A stretch of 41,226 bases of DNA from a virus (Duplodnaviria; Caudoviricetes). Under the pieces are notes generated by a model, which saw only the letters and a list, made by a program, of their open reading frames with translations, had not been told where the DNA came from and made no database searches. The translations under genes and the position numbers were made by a program. Below, piece after piece: positions 9,105-19,661 of this stretch. The stretch lies in IMG/VR virus record IMGVR_UViG_3300030397_000377, positions 1 to 41,226 of that record. One strand, given 5' to 3'. Positions within the stretch are counted from its first letter, which is position 1, and each line of letters starts with the position of its first letter.

Positions 9105-9716
9105 ATGTCTGAAGAGCAAAACAAGCAAGCCGTGGCTGCACAACCCGACGTAGAGGCAACGCCATCTACCGAGGACAACAGCGCACCGGATGAGCCCGGA
9201 CTGGATGAACTGCTCAGTCAGTTCAATGAAGCAACCGCTTCTCAGCCCGATCCCACGCCAGTCACAACCGATACAAACTCTGAATCTGAAGTTCTTGCCG
9301 AACTCAAGCAGTGGAGGCAGGAGCGGGACGCCGAAAAGTTCCAGACGGATTTGAACAAGGCTGTTGAGCGTGTGCGGGGCGATTTAGACCCCGACGTGTT
9401 CGATGATTTGTTCGTTGAATCTTACCTGGATGCACAGGCAAAGCGAAATGAAAAATTCGCAGGCCTTTGGGCGAACCGACACCAGAATCCACGCCAGTTC
9501 GAGGCAGCACTCGATGCAGCCAAGCGGGACCTCGCCAAGAAAGCGGCAAAGCTCCCCGACGCGCAGGCAACGGAAGACAAGGAAGCCGTAACGGCAGCTG
9601 TGACCGGCGCAACCGACAAGGCCCCGGAAGCGCCCGCGCCTGACCTCTCTGGGATGTCAGATGCGGAATTGCGTGAATTCACCAAAAAGGAATATGGGTT
9701 CACGCCGCAAATCTAA
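9105..9716 (+). CDS. Scaffolding protein
   Basis: AGGAGG RBS before ATG 9105; acidic disordered N-terminus and helical body; directly precedes the MCP. Confidence 0.8.
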   Translation: MSEEQNKQAVAAQPDVEATPSTEDNSAPDEPGLDELLSQFNEATASQPDPTPVTTDTNSESEVLAELKQWRQERDAEKFQTDLNKAVERVRGDLDPDVFDDLFVESYLDAQAKRNEKFAGLWANRHQNPRQFEAALDAAKRDLAKKAAKLPDAQATEDKEAVTAAVTGATDKAPEAPAPDLSGMSDAELREFTKKEYGFTPQI

Positions 9717-9751
9717 ATCCTTCGGGGCCATGAGCCGAAGGAGAACCAATC

Positions 9752-10837
9752 ATGGCTCTGACTGTTACGGCTACCGATACTGAGCTTCAAAAGCCAGTCA
9801 ATGTAGTCTTTGAACAGACCTTCCTTCGTCGTGCGCAGCAGCTTGCACCGTACTTCGCAGGAACAATGCCCGGACAGCTTAACCGCCAGATGGGCACATC
9901 GACGATCAAATGGCGTCGTATTGAGCAGGAAACGCCCAGCACGACGGCATTAACAGAACTGACGGGTAACGCTGCCTACATGCAGGGCCGCAATGCCGAC
10001 ACCCCGACATTTACGGACGTGACGGCGACGGTCAGCAAGTATGGCCAGTTTTACATCGTCAACGAGGAAGTGGACCTCTACAACCCGAACGGGACGACCG
10101 CCGAGCTGGTCGCTGTTCTGGGTGAGTCGGCGGGCCGCTCTCTCAACCAGCTTATGCGTGACATCATGGAGGATTCGTCCACCCAGCGTTACGCAAACAA
10201 CGTCGCGTCAGACGGTGTTGTGCTGTCGATTGCTCTCGCGAGCGACTTCGACCGCATCATCAACGAACTGTCCGTGAACGTTGCACGTCCGTTCTCTCCG
10301 ATGACCTCTGGCTCGCAGAATATCGGTACTGCACCGATCCTGCCGAGCTATTGGGCCATTAATCACCCGGACGTGGCATATGACGTGTCGCGCATGACCG
10401 GCTTCAAGTCCGTTGAGACTTATTCCGGCCAGACAGCAACTGTGCCCGGCGAGTATGGATATCTCAGCCGCGCTGGCTTTGGCCTGCGGTTTATCCAGAC
10501 ACCGGATGCAAGCGTGGACTCCGGTTCCGGCGCTGCCGTTTCGGCGGCGGACGTGAACGTAACGTCCGGCAATGCCGACCTGTACACCACTGTCGTTTAC
10601 GGCATGGATGCGTATGGTTCGGTTGGCCTCGGCGAGCGTCACACGGACGGTATCTATCGCGCTGGCGACAACACCGGCGGGTGGGAGATCATCACCCACG
10701 ACCGGGGTTCGGGCGGAACATCCGACCCGTTCAACGAGATTGCCACCCTTGCGTGGAAAGCGTTTTTCGCGGGTGCTGTGCTAAACAGTGCCTGGGGACG
10801 CGCCTTGCGTTCGGCGGCAACGAACCTCACGAACTAG
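9752..10837 (+). CDS. Major capsid protein (N4 gp56-like family)
   Basis: 361 aa, AAGGAG RBS, TIKWRR / VTATVSKYGQF / DPFNEI...AWKAF motifs, followed by a terminator. Confidence 0.9.
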   Translation: MALTVTATDTELQKPVNVVFEQTFLRRAQQLAPYFAGTMPGQLNRQMGTSTIKWRRIEQETPSTTALTELTGNAAYMQGRNADTPTFTDVTATVSKYGQFYIVNEEVDLYNPNGTTAELVAVLGESAGRSLNQLMRDIMEDSSTQRYANNVASDGVVLSIALASDFDRIINELSVNVARPFSPMTSGSQNIGTAPILPSYWAINHPDVAYDVSRMTGFKSVETYSGQTATVPGEYGYLSRAGFGLRFIQTPDASVDSGSGAAVSAADVNVTSGNADLYTTVVYGMDAYGSVGLGERHTDGIYRAGDNTGGWEIITHDRGSGGTSDPFNEIATLAWKAFFAGAVLNSAWGRALRSAATNLTN

Positions 10838-10846
10838 TGAGAACCT

Positions 10847-10873
10847 GGGAGGGCTTAACGGCCCTCCCTTTTT
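10847..10873 (+). terminator. Intrinsic terminator after the MCP
   Basis: GGGAGGGC-TTAACG-GCCCTCCC followed by TTTTT. Confidence 0.85.
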
Positions 10874-10886
10874 ACTTAGAGGAAAA

Positions 10887-11390
10887 ATGCAGCCCAGCAT
10901 CACGGAAGACCCGCGCGGCTATCTTGAGAAACTTAGCCGTAAGGAGCTTGAGTATACAGCCAAGTTTTATGGGATAGCGGACGTTAAACAGGGAATGCCC
11001 GCGCAGTTGATGCGGCAACTTATTGCCCAGGCGAACCCGCCCAAGATTCCAATTCCCATTCGGCAGAATATTGGAACGTATGCCGAACCGTTGAGGGTTC
11101 CGCCTTACGATATATGGAAGCACACACAGTTTGGGCAGCCTAAAGAGGCCCAGCCTGTTCAGGAGATTTCCGAAGTTAACGCAATAGACGACCTGGCGCG
11201 ACAATGGGAGCAGGAAAGTGCCCGCCCGCCGATGGTTGAGCAGGTAAGTGATGTCCCAGCAAAGAGAATTCCAAAGATTGTTCTGCTGCGCAGGGAATGC
11301 AAGGCGCGGGGCATCAAGTGGGAACGAACCGACAAAGCTGCCGATTTGGAGGCAAAGCTAAATGGCCAAGACGCTTCTGAACGCAGTTAA
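10887..11390 (+). CDS. Hypothetical protein with HeH/LEM/Rho-N-like helical motifs
   Basis: GAGG RBS before ATG 10887; motifs LEKLSRKELEYTAKFYGI and LRRECKARGIKWERTDKAADLEAKL. Confidence 0.65.
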   Translation: MQPSITEDPRGYLEKLSRKELEYTAKFYGIADVKQGMPAQLMRQLIAQANPPKIPIPIRQNIGTYAEPLRVPPYDIWKHTQFGQPKEAQPVQEISEVNAIDDLARQWEQESARPPMVEQVSDVPAKRIPKIVLLRRECKARGIKWERTDKAADLEAKLNGQDASERS

Positions 11391-12027
11391 CGAAATCCTG
11401 AAAAGGGTTGGCGAAATATCGGGCGATAGCGCCGAACTCACAAGCCTGACGGTTTCCGCGCGGCAAACCATTATTGACGTGGCTGTCCAGGTCGTAAACG
11501 AAGGAATTGACGAGCTTTACACCACCACCAACACCGCATCGCCAAAAGAGCAGGCTGAAAGTACGATTACGCTTGTGACGGACGACAGAAGTTATGCCCT
11601 TGCGTCGGATTTGGTTCAGCTCCGTTGGCCGCTGATTGACAAGACAAACAACCAATACCTGTGGCAGCATCCGGGTGGGTATAACGCCATTCTGGAAATC
11701 GACCCGGAACAAGACGATGACGGCTTGCCTCATTTCGCAGCCATTAGCCCGGTGAATGAAGAGCTTTACCTGGACCGTATACCGACCGCCACGGAAAACG
11801 GGCGTGTCTACACATACCAATATGACAAGGACCTTGTTCTGACCGGGCAGGACGACACCGTGCCATTCAAGGACATCGTTTTTCGCGCAATGGTTCCGGC
11901 ATGGGTGCAGCTTTGGAAGCGCGAGCGAAAGGGTGAATTTGACGGGGACTTGTTTGAGACCAGCATAGGCCGCGCGTCACGGTTGCTGAACCAGAATCAG
12001 CCCCGGCGCAGTTACAACCCGAGGTAA
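11362..12027 (+). CDS. Head-tail adaptor (tail tubular protein A-like)
   Basis: MAKTLLNAVNEILKRVGE N-terminus, size and position. Confidence 0.8.
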   Translation: MAKTLLNAVNEILKRVGEISGDSAELTSLTVSARQTIIDVAVQVVNEGIDELYTTTNTASPKEQAESTITLVTDDRSYALASDLVQLRWPLIDKTNNQYLWQHPGGYNAILEIDPEQDDDGLPHFAAISPVNEELYLDRIPTATENGRVYTYQYDKDLVLTGQDDTVPFKDIVFRAMVPAWVQLWKRERKGEFDGDLFETSIGRASRLLNQNQPRRSYNPR

Positions 12028-12030
12028 GGC

Positions 12031-13635
12031 ATGGCATCCCGAATTGGACCTGCCGAGGGCGGCATTGTTATCAAGTTTGGTGGGGGGCTTAGCACCCGCG
12101 CACCCGAGGATGAGATTGGCGAGCGCGAGGCGGCAGATGGACAGAATTTTCTACTGGACGTGCAGAACGCCGAGCTTGTCAATCGCAAGCCCTTTGACCT
12201 GGTTGCCACGGCTCCGAACGCAGGCAGTATTAATGGTGGTGGGTCGTTCAGGCAGTCCGACGGCACGGTAAAGGCGTTTATTCAGGCCGGAGACACGGTT
12301 TATGAATTCGACGGAACGTCCTTTGACGCAAGTCCTACTCTGGATGCCGTGAACGCGAATGCCAAGCTAAGGGGGCACTGGCGCACCCACGCATGGACGC
12401 TGGATGATAAGGTTATCATCACCGACCTGTCCCTCAATGAAGTTGTGAAGGACTGGGATGGGACAACCTGGGCAGACACGACCTTTACGGACCAGTCAGG
12501 CGCGGGGTTCGGAAATTTCTTTGCCAAGTATGTGAACGTCAACAACGACAGGGCCATATATTCCAACGTCACGACAGCTTCCGCGACACCGCATTTGATT
12601 GTTGGGTCTGCTCTGGAAAACTACGATCAGATTACGGTTACGAACCGCCCAAGTTCGGCGCTTTCAACTGCAGACCCGTTTTTTATCACGGCCCCTGACC
12701 TGAAGCCTATTAATGGTCACGTTCAGGCATTCGGCACAACGATATTTTCAACTGAAAGCGGGGAGCTGTTCAAGTTGAATGGCTCGAATGCGGAAGACTT
12801 CAATATTGACTCGTTCTATGCGGGTTCGGCGGCACAGGGTGATGAAAGTCTTGCCTACATTGGCAATGACATCATTTATGGACGCGGCGGGCGTGTTGAA
12901 TCCCTGAGGGATACTGAGCGCTTCGGCGATTCCGAAGCTGATGACCTGACTCTGGAAATTCAGGACCAGATTGAAAGCTACACGGGCTGGACGAGCGTTT
13001 ATAACTCAAGGCTGAACAGGGTATACCTGTTCCCGACGGGGCAATCCGAGGTCTGGGCGTTTCAGACAGGAATGCGGGGTTCCGGCGTCTCTCCCTGGAT
13101 GCGATGGAAAACGCAACATGCACTGGCATTCCAGCCAACGTTTGTAATGTCCATGCTGGACCCGTCCGATTCCCTTGAGTACGTGTTCATGGGGGATAGT
13201 TCCGGCAATGTTTTCCGTTTGGAAGGGTCTGGAACTTCGGGCGATGGCGGCTCTGCAAACATCGAAACCGAATGGCTTTCGAAGCTCTTTGTGGCCGAGC
13301 TGGATGCAAAGACACACGATATTGAGGGCTGGATAAAGTATCGCAAGTCTTCGGATGCAGCATCTGTCACGCTTCAGTTGGAATACGCTGGCGAGCGCAT
13401 TTATGACCAAGCCATTGTCGTAGACATCCCGGCCACGGCATCAAACGCGCACTACAACAACTCAAAATATTACAACAACGACGAACACTACGGCGTTGCC
13501 AACATAGGGCGCTTGGCGAGGCAAATCATAAACATTCCCGGAGGCTCCAACGAGTTCCAGCTTCGTGTGGTGGTTGAGGGAACGGGCAACTTCAACATCA
13601 ACGAAGTTGGCCTGAGAATGAAGGCAGTTTCTTGA
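12031..13635 (+). CDS. Tail nozzle / head-stabilisation protein (tail tubular B / P22 gp10-like)
   Basis: FGGGLST N-terminus, beta-propeller-like composition, follows the adaptor. Confidence 0.8.
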   Translation: MASRIGPAEGGIVIKFGGGLSTRAPEDEIGEREAADGQNFLLDVQNAELVNRKPFDLVATAPNAGSINGGGSFRQSDGTVKAFIQAGDTVYEFDGTSFDASPTLDAVNANAKLRGHWRTHAWTLDDKVIITDLSLNEVVKDWDGTTWADTTFTDQSGAGFGNFFAKYVNVNNDRAIYSNVTTASATPHLIVGSALENYDQITVTNRPSSALSTADPFFITAPDLKPINGHVQAFGTTIFSTESGELFKLNGSNAEDFNIDSFYAGSAAQGDESLAYIGNDIIYGRGGRVESLRDTERFGDSEADDLTLEIQDQIESYTGWTSVYNSRLNRVYLFPTGQSEVWAFQTGMRGSGVSPWMRWKTQHALAFQPTFVMSMLDPSDSLEYVFMGDSSGNVFRLEGSGTSGDGGSANIETEWLSKLFVAELDAKTHDIEGWIKYRKSSDAASVTLQLEYAGERIYDQAIVVDIPATASNAHYNNSKYYNNDEHYGVANIGRLARQIINIPGGSNEFQLRVVVEGTGNFNINEVGLRMKAVS

Positions 13636-14165
13636 AACGCTGGTCGCTTAAAAAGACACTAAAAAGACGCACGCATTTTCGGCCAATTGAGCAGGAAGAC
13701 GTTCAGTATATCTGGGTGGCCTACAAGTCCGGGCTTCTGGAAAGCATGGGACCTCCATTCGATGGAACTGATATGTCGCCGGAAGAGTTCCAAGCGGAAT
13801 TCATTGCACAGGCTGAGACCGTTTATCACGGCATCTGGACGCTCTTTGCCGACACCAAAAAGGGCTATATGCCGAGCGGGTTGGTGTTGGGGTTCCTGTC
13901 ACATCCCGACCCCCTATACGCGAGGTTTATGAACGTCGGGGATATGATCTGGTTCCCGTGGGCGTCAAAACGAAACAAGGTTGAGATGGCCGTGAACTTT
14001 TTCAATCAGATAAGAAAAGAACTTCCAATGGTTGAATACGCAAAATTCGAGGACAAAAAGTTCTTCGAAACGATAGCCAAGCATGGGGTCATGAGGCGAG
14101 TGGGAACAATGCATAACATCTACGACGGCGAGCCTGCCGCCGTGTTTGAGACGAGGGCACCATAA
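13632..14165 (+). CDS. Hypothetical protein (GNAT-like position before the ejection genes)
   Basis: HFRPIEQEDV...KHGVMRRVG pattern loosely GNAT-like; overlaps both neighbours. Confidence 0.55.
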   Translation: MKRWSLKKTLKRRTHFRPIEQEDVQYIWVAYKSGLLESMGPPFDGTDMSPEEFQAEFIAQAETVYHGIWTLFADTKKGYMPSGLVLGFLSHPDPLYARFMNVGDMIWFPWASKRNKVEMAVNFFNQIRKELPMVEYAKFEDKKFFETIAKHGVMRRVGTMHNIYDGEPAAVFETRAP

Positions 14166-14944
14166 TGGCTTTGGGTACTTTTGCAGCAACAGCACTACAG
14201 GCCGCGCCTGCAATCATCGGGGCAATCAACAGTGGCGACACGGATGTTCGCACGCCCCGTATTCAAACCAGCTTTCCCGGCCTGAATGCGGGCGGGTTGA
14301 GAGCGACGGCTTCCGCAAACGGTGTGAATGTCGGTTCATCCCGTGGACGCAGGAGCATTGTCAGCCGGACATCCCAAGCCTTCGGGGATCAGGCAGGTGT
14401 TTTGAGAGGCTTGAGGGGCCGGGTGGCTCCGGGCGTATCGGATTTAAGGGCTTCACGGCTTCAGGCTGTAGAAGATGCCCGCACACGATCAATCGGGAAC
14501 CTGAGAGAGAACCTTCAGCGCCGTCGGGTTCTGGGTTCCAGCTTCGGACAGGATGCCATCACCCGAAGCGAGGCGGAATTCGCGAGGGAGGCTGAAAGAG
14601 TAGAGGCCGAATCATTCCTTCAAGAGCTGGATTTAACGCAGCAGCTTCTTGCAAGGGAAACAGAGGCACGTGCAAATTCGTTTAACACGCGCTTGAATGA
14701 ACTTAATTTGCAAGCCAATCTTGCGTCTCAGCTTCAGAACAGAGCCACCCAAGTTCTCAACCAGAACGCCCAGACCCAAGCGCGACTTGCCCTTGAGGCT
14801 GGACGTTTCAACGCAACCGCAGCGCAGCAAAGCGCGGAAGGCTTCGGAACCTTGGCCGGAAATACCATAGGCGGGTTCTTCGATAACCGCTCCCGTCTCG
14901 CGCAGATCGGGCAAAACTTGGCTAATTCAACGGTGGTGACATGA
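14165..14944 (+). CDS. Internal virion (DNA ejection) protein
   Basis: A/G-rich hydrophobic N-terminus and Q/R/E-rich coiled coil; first of a triplet. Confidence 0.7.
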   Translation: MALGTFAATALQAAPAIIGAINSGDTDVRTPRIQTSFPGLNAGGLRATASANGVNVGSSRGRRSIVSRTSQAFGDQAGVLRGLRGRVAPGVSDLRASRLQAVEDARTRSIGNLRENLQRRRVLGSSFGQDAITRSEAEFAREAERVEAESFLQELDLTQQLLARETEARANSFNTRLNELNLQANLASQLQNRATQVLNQNAQTQARLALEAGRFNATAAQQSAEGFGTLAGNTIGGFFDNRSRLAQIGQNLANSTVVT

Positions 14945-16245
14945 CGGCAGGATTCTTTGCCCGTGGGCTTTCAAAAGGGCTAAACCAGGGCGCGGAGAGG
15001 CGTTTCACTGAGGGGCGGTTGGCCCTTGCCGAGCGTCAACAGGCCCAGAACGAGCAGAATAACATGATGGGGGAGGTCGATAAGCAAATCGACTTCAGCC
15101 TGAATGAAATCAACACAACTGTCGAAGCGCTGCGCTCTGCCGGTAAATCACCTGAGGAAATATCCGCCGTTGTTCAGCCTCTTATTGAAAGCACGGCAAG
15201 TCTCGCAGAGACACGCAGGCCGGGCACTGGTGCGTTGATTACAGAACGCATAAGCGCACAGCTTGCACGCTCGGCCCAGCCAATTGATTTTGAAACGACC
15301 GTTAAACAGAATCTTCCTCGCATTGAAGAATTTATTAAGGCTGCGGAAAAGGCAGGTGCTGATCTCACCACCTTGGCCGACAGCCCACAATTCCAAGCCC
15401 TTGTCCAGCCCATCACACAAGCCGCAGCACAAGCAGGGCAGGATCCACAACAGATTGCCAACCAGATTAACGCCCGCATCCAGTCTGCGGCAATTCGTTC
15501 AGGGCAAGCCGACGTGCAAGGAAATGTTGTCACGGATGGACAGGCAAGCGGGCAGATCGCATCTGCTGATGTTTTGATTGAAACGCCTGAAGCGACAGAA
15601 TTCTTAGGTGTTCCTGTTGGTCCTATTCAGGAGCCGGGGAGCCCAACCGAGCGCAAGATTTTGAACGAAGCGCAGACGCGAGCCGTAGAGCAGGCCGCGC
15701 TTGTTCAGGACATTCAGGTGTTCCGAGATTTGATTGAAGCGACGGGTTCTCTCGGCCCGATTACAGAATCCACCCAACCTCTTGTCCGTGCATTTGCTGA
15801 GGTGGGCATAAACCTGAGAGAAGACCAACCACTCTTGGAAGCCATTACAGGCAGGCAGAACCTCTTGGCCCTGAAGTTCAGGAACCCGGAAAGCGGCTTT
15901 GGCCTGACCGGCTCGACTTCAGATGCGGACAGAGAATTCCTGAAGAGCATTCCGGGCGGCATCGGCAATACGAAAGAGGGCGCAATGCTGTCCAGCCTTC
16001 TCTTGCTTGTGAAAATGCGTCGGGAGGCCGAACTGACGGCCATTCGAGCGAACCTTCTTGCGAGAGGGGAGGGCTCGAAGTCACAGGCAATTATAAAGCG
16101 TTACAAAGATAGCGTTGATGCCATTCGCCCAGACGAGCGCCAGTTTATGCAGGCGCTTATCAACCGTGCGCAAGGTGGTGAGCTTGACAGTCGCCCGGCA
16201 ACGGAATTGTCAGACGACGAAGTGCGACAGCGATTAGGTCTATAA
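14941..16245 (+). CDS. Internal virion (DNA ejection) protein
   Basis: Helical A/Q-rich protein; GLTGSTSDADREFL motif seen in ejection proteins. Confidence 0.7.
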   Translation: MTAGFFARGLSKGLNQGAERRFTEGRLALAERQQAQNEQNNMMGEVDKQIDFSLNEINTTVEALRSAGKSPEEISAVVQPLIESTASLAETRRPGTGALITERISAQLARSAQPIDFETTVKQNLPRIEEFIKAAEKAGADLTTLADSPQFQALVQPITQAAAQAGQDPQQIANQINARIQSAAIRSGQADVQGNVVTDGQASGQIASADVLIETPEATEFLGVPVGPIQEPGSPTERKILNEAQTRAVEQAALVQDIQVFRDLIEATGSLGPITESTQPLVRAFAEVGINLREDQPLLEAITGRQNLLALKFRNPESGFGLTGSTSDADREFLKSIPGGIGNTKEGAMLSSLLLLVKMRREAELTAIRANLLARGEGSKSQAIIKRYKDSVDAIRPDERQFMQALINRAQGGELDSRPATELSDDEVRQRLGL

Positions 16246-16246
16246 A

Positions 16247-17848
16247 ATGGCATCCAGACTGGAACTTTTACAGGAAGCGCGGCGTAGAGGCCTTCTCCCG
16301 CCCAACCAGGTTGCCTTGCTTGAAGAAGTAGAGCGGCGCGGATTGGGTGCTGAAGTAAACACCGCAGAAGATGTTGTACGCTCAGCCGGTCGCGGCGTGG
16401 CCAAGGGCGCGTTGGGCCTTGCCACGCTCCCAGGGACAGTTCGTGAGGCGGCATTTGGCGGCGCAAAGGCTGTTGCCGGTGCGTTCGGGGCGTCCCCTGA
16501 AACCATTGAAGGAATCAGAGGCGCAGAACAAACCGCGCAGCGTGTGTTGCCGTCATTTCTTGGTGGCGGGCCAAGCATGACGGACGCGGAAAAGGAGCTT
16601 GCGAATGTTGGCTTCCGTTTCAGCACACCTCAAACAACGGCTGGTGAGTTCGCACAGACTATTGGTGAATTCGCACCCGGCGCGGCGTTCCCCGGCTCAA
16701 TCCCGGTCCGTGTTGCGCAAGTGTTCGCTCCGGCATTGACAAGCGAAACAGCCGGGCAATTGACATCCGGAACCGTTCTAGAGCCATTCGCACGGTTGGC
16801 CGGTGCCATCCTTGGAGGTGCCAGTGTCGGTGCTGCGCAACGCCTTATTACGCCTTCCCGCCCCCCAAGCCCGGAGGCAGCTGCGGATATTGCTGCGCTC
16901 AGGCAGCGTGGTGTCCGCTCTATTACAGCCGGACAAAGGGCTGACGAGCAACCTCTTATTCGGCGCGAAGCTCAAAATCCAGAATCCTTTGCCGGTGAGC
17001 GCCTCCAGGCACAAACAGAAGAGTTTACAGAGGCGACGCTTCGCCTGGCGGGCATTCAGGCCAGCCGCGCCCGACAAGATGTCCTGTCTGATGCGGCAGA
17101 GACAATAGGCGGTCGATTTGACAGACTTCAGGAACAGGCGAGTGCTGTTGTGTCGCCTCAGATGCGCTCTGACGCGCAGGACGTTGTAAGGAAAGCCGCA
17201 AACCGCCTTTCTGAGGGACGGCTTCCCAAAGTCATTACCAACATAGTCGGGAACCTGCAAACCAGAGGTTCGATTACCGGAACGCAATACAAAGAGGCCC
17301 GCTCCGAACTTACATCAATCGTGCGTGGCTCCAAAGATTCAAACATTTCAGGAGCCGCAAGCGACCTGATTGGCCTTTTGGACGAAGGCGCAGAAGCGTG
17401 GCTTAACGCTAACCGTCCCGATTTGCTCGGTGCATGGCAGGCAACACGGTCACAGTTCCAAAACCTGCTTGTCATCGAAAAGGCGGCGAGCTTTGCAGGC
17501 AAGGAGGCTGCGCGCGGCCTTATCACTCCTGCACGCCTTCAGTCTGCGGTCAAGGCAGTCCAAGGGCCAAGAGCGATTACGAGAGGACGCAGTGAAGCAG
17601 GCGAGCTTGCGCGTGCGGGCGTTTCTGTTCTTGACAGGCCATCAACGTCCGGCACGGCTGAAAACCTCCAGTCTCAAGGCTTTGGACAGTCGATTCTAGG
17701 GACATTGACAGGGGCAGGGCGACGGTTCTCGGTGTCTCGTCCGGGGCAGGCGCGTCTGAGCAATCAAATTTTCCCACAGTCAAGCCTTGGCGGTCTTGGC
17801 GGCTTTGGTCGCGGTGGTCTGGCCGGTGCATTGGTTGACCCAAACTAA
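16247..17848 (+). CDS. Internal virion (DNA ejection) protein
   Basis: A/G-rich amphipathic segments; third of the triplet. Confidence 0.7.
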   Translation: MASRLELLQEARRRGLLPPNQVALLEEVERRGLGAEVNTAEDVVRSAGRGVAKGALGLATLPGTVREAAFGGAKAVAGAFGASPETIEGIRGAEQTAQRVLPSFLGGGPSMTDAEKELANVGFRFSTPQTTAGEFAQTIGEFAPGAAFPGSIPVRVAQVFAPALTSETAGQLTSGTVLEPFARLAGAILGGASVGAAQRLITPSRPPSPEAAADIAALRQRGVRSITAGQRADEQPLIRREAQNPESFAGERLQAQTEEFTEATLRLAGIQASRARQDVLSDAAETIGGRFDRLQEQASAVVSPQMRSDAQDVVRKAANRLSEGRLPKVITNIVGNLQTRGSITGTQYKEARSELTSIVRGSKDSNISGAASDLIGLLDEGAEAWLNANRPDLLGAWQATRSQFQNLLVIEKAASFAGKEAARGLITPARLQSAVKAVQGPRAITRGRSEAGELARAGVSVLDRPSTSGTAENLQSQGFGQSILGTLTGAGRRFSVSRPGQARLSNQIFPQSSLGGLGGFGRGGLAGALVDPN

Positions 17849-17857
17849 GGTACGATA

Positions 17858-18547
17858 ATGACAACGAATCCATACACAACTGTTTCCGTAACTGGATACA
17901 ACGCCAACCCCCCGGCAGATGACGGGAGCCAGGTTTCGTCTAATGAGGTTGAATGGGCCAAACATAAGGACAAGCTTGGAGACCCACTAAAGACGGCCGT
18001 TGAGAGCATCAACACGAACGTTAACAGTGCGTTCGACTCGGTGGCCGGGTTTGTTCCTGCCGGACTGGTTCTCCCCTATGCAGGCACAACCGCACCAACC
18101 GGGTATCTCCTTTGTGATGGGTCGGCAGTCAGCCGGACAACTTACGCTGACCTGTTCACGGTCATCAGCACGACATACGGGAGTGGAGATGGCTCCACGA
18201 CCTTCAATGTTCCCGACATTACGGGCCGCGTTGTTGCCGGTAAGGAGGCATCAGCTACGAGGCTGACCACAGCGGGCGGTGGAGTTGATGGAGATACTTT
18301 GGGGGCGACGGGCGGCGATGAAACCCACGCGCTTGTTACGGCAGAACTTCCGGCCCATAGCCATAACGTCACTGTCAACGCGCGAACGTTTGGCGATACG
18401 GGAGGGGATGACTCCAACAGGTTGAGCCGAGGCAAATCGAACGAAACCGCCGTCAACAATGACTTTGAGTCCGACAACACGGGCTCTGGTAACGCGCACG
18501 CGAACGTGCAGCCCACCATCATCCTCAACTACATCATCAAGACATGA
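17858..18547 (+). CDS. Tail fibre protein with phage tail-collar domain
   Basis: PAGLVLPYAGTTAPTGYLLCDGSAVSRTTYADLF...GDGSTTFNVPD collar motif; ELPAHSH; HANVQP. Confidence 0.9.
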   Translation: MTTNPYTTVSVTGYNANPPADDGSQVSSNEVEWAKHKDKLGDPLKTAVESINTNVNSAFDSVAGFVPAGLVLPYAGTTAPTGYLLCDGSAVSRTTYADLFTVISTTYGSGDGSTTFNVPDITGRVVAGKEASATRLTTAGGGVDGDTLGATGGDETHALVTAELPAHSHNVTVNARTFGDTGGDDSNRLSRGKSNETAVNNDFESDNTGSGNAHANVQPTIILNYIIKT

Positions 18548-19581
18548 CCTTTGCAGTCGGGCCGCTTGTTCACGAAACAAGCACATCAACGGGAACGGGC
18601 AATTTCACCCTCTCAAATGTTGATGGAAGAAACAATTTTAACGCCGAGTATGGCACTGGCGGCACGGATGTCATCCCGTACTACATTTCCCATAGAGCGG
18701 CAGGCGAGTGGGAAGAAGGAACTGGACACCTAAGCGCGTCTACAACTCTGGTTCGTGACACGGTTATCCGCTCAAGCAATTCGGACAGTGCGGTTAATTT
18801 CTCAGCCGGTACAAAGGATGTAACAAGCGACGTTCTTTCACGGGATGTCCCTCTGCACCGGGGGTTTATTTCCGGACTCGTCCCAACCCAAGGGACCGAT
18901 GCAAACCATGATACGGACATATCGGTCGGGGAATGCAGAGACGACACGAACACAGAAAACATCCGCCTATCCTCAACTCTGACAATTCAGATTGATGCTG
19001 CTGCGGGCATCAACTCTATCGATACCGGAAGCGTTGCGGCGGACACGTGGTATTATATCTGGCTGTTGAAGGGTTCGTCTGGTATTGGGGCGGTTTATTC
19101 AACGTCCAAGACAACACCAACAGAGCCATCTGGTTACCAGGATGCGAAGAGGCTGATTGGCGCAGTTCTGACTGATGGGTCGTCGAACATTACGGACTAT
19201 ACTTGCTGTGAACTGTCCGGTGGCGGGCTTCTCTATTATTGGGACAATGGTGTTCAGGATCTGAATACCGGAACGGGTTCTACGTCTGAGCAGACGGTAA
19301 CGCTCACAGCCCCGCCCATAGCCGGACTGGAGGCGATTGTATCTGCCGAAGTTCAGCGCTCAGGATCGACAGGTCGGGGCAAGGTCTACCCAACAGATGT
19401 TGCCGACCCGGTAGGCTGGCAAGTGAGCGGCAATGCGCCCGGCGGCACAACGTCAGTTGCCAATACGACATTCAGGGTAAAGGTGGACTCCAGCGGACAG
19501 GTTCATTGGCGCATACACAACTCAAACAACGAACTGGACATATTCACCATTGGGTGGGCGCATCACCGTGGAGTTGTGTGA
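18544..19581 (+). CDS. Tail fibre / receptor-binding protein
   Basis: VHETSTSTGTGNFTL...EWEEGTG...VNFSAGTKDV N-terminal module; S/T/G-rich. Confidence 0.75.
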   Translation: MTFAVGPLVHETSTSTGTGNFTLSNVDGRNNFNAEYGTGGTDVIPYYISHRAAGEWEEGTGHLSASTTLVRDTVIRSSNSDSAVNFSAGTKDVTSDVLSRDVPLHRGFISGLVPTQGTDANHDTDISVGECRDDTNTENIRLSSTLTIQIDAAAGINSIDTGSVAADTWYYIWLLKGSSGIGAVYSTSKTTPTEPSGYQDAKRLIGAVLTDGSSNITDYTCCELSGGGLLYYWDNGVQDLNTGTGSTSEQTVTLTAPPIAGLEAIVSAEVQRSGSTGRGKVYPTDVADPVGWQVSGNAPGGTTSVANTTFRVKVDSSGQVHWRIHNSNNELDIFTIGWAHHRGVV

Positions 19582-19661
19582 TAACAACTTTCAGTAGAGA
19601 TTTATAAAAGTCTCGCGTGTTGCGAGTACATAAATTCCCAAAAACAGGATAATACAACGGT

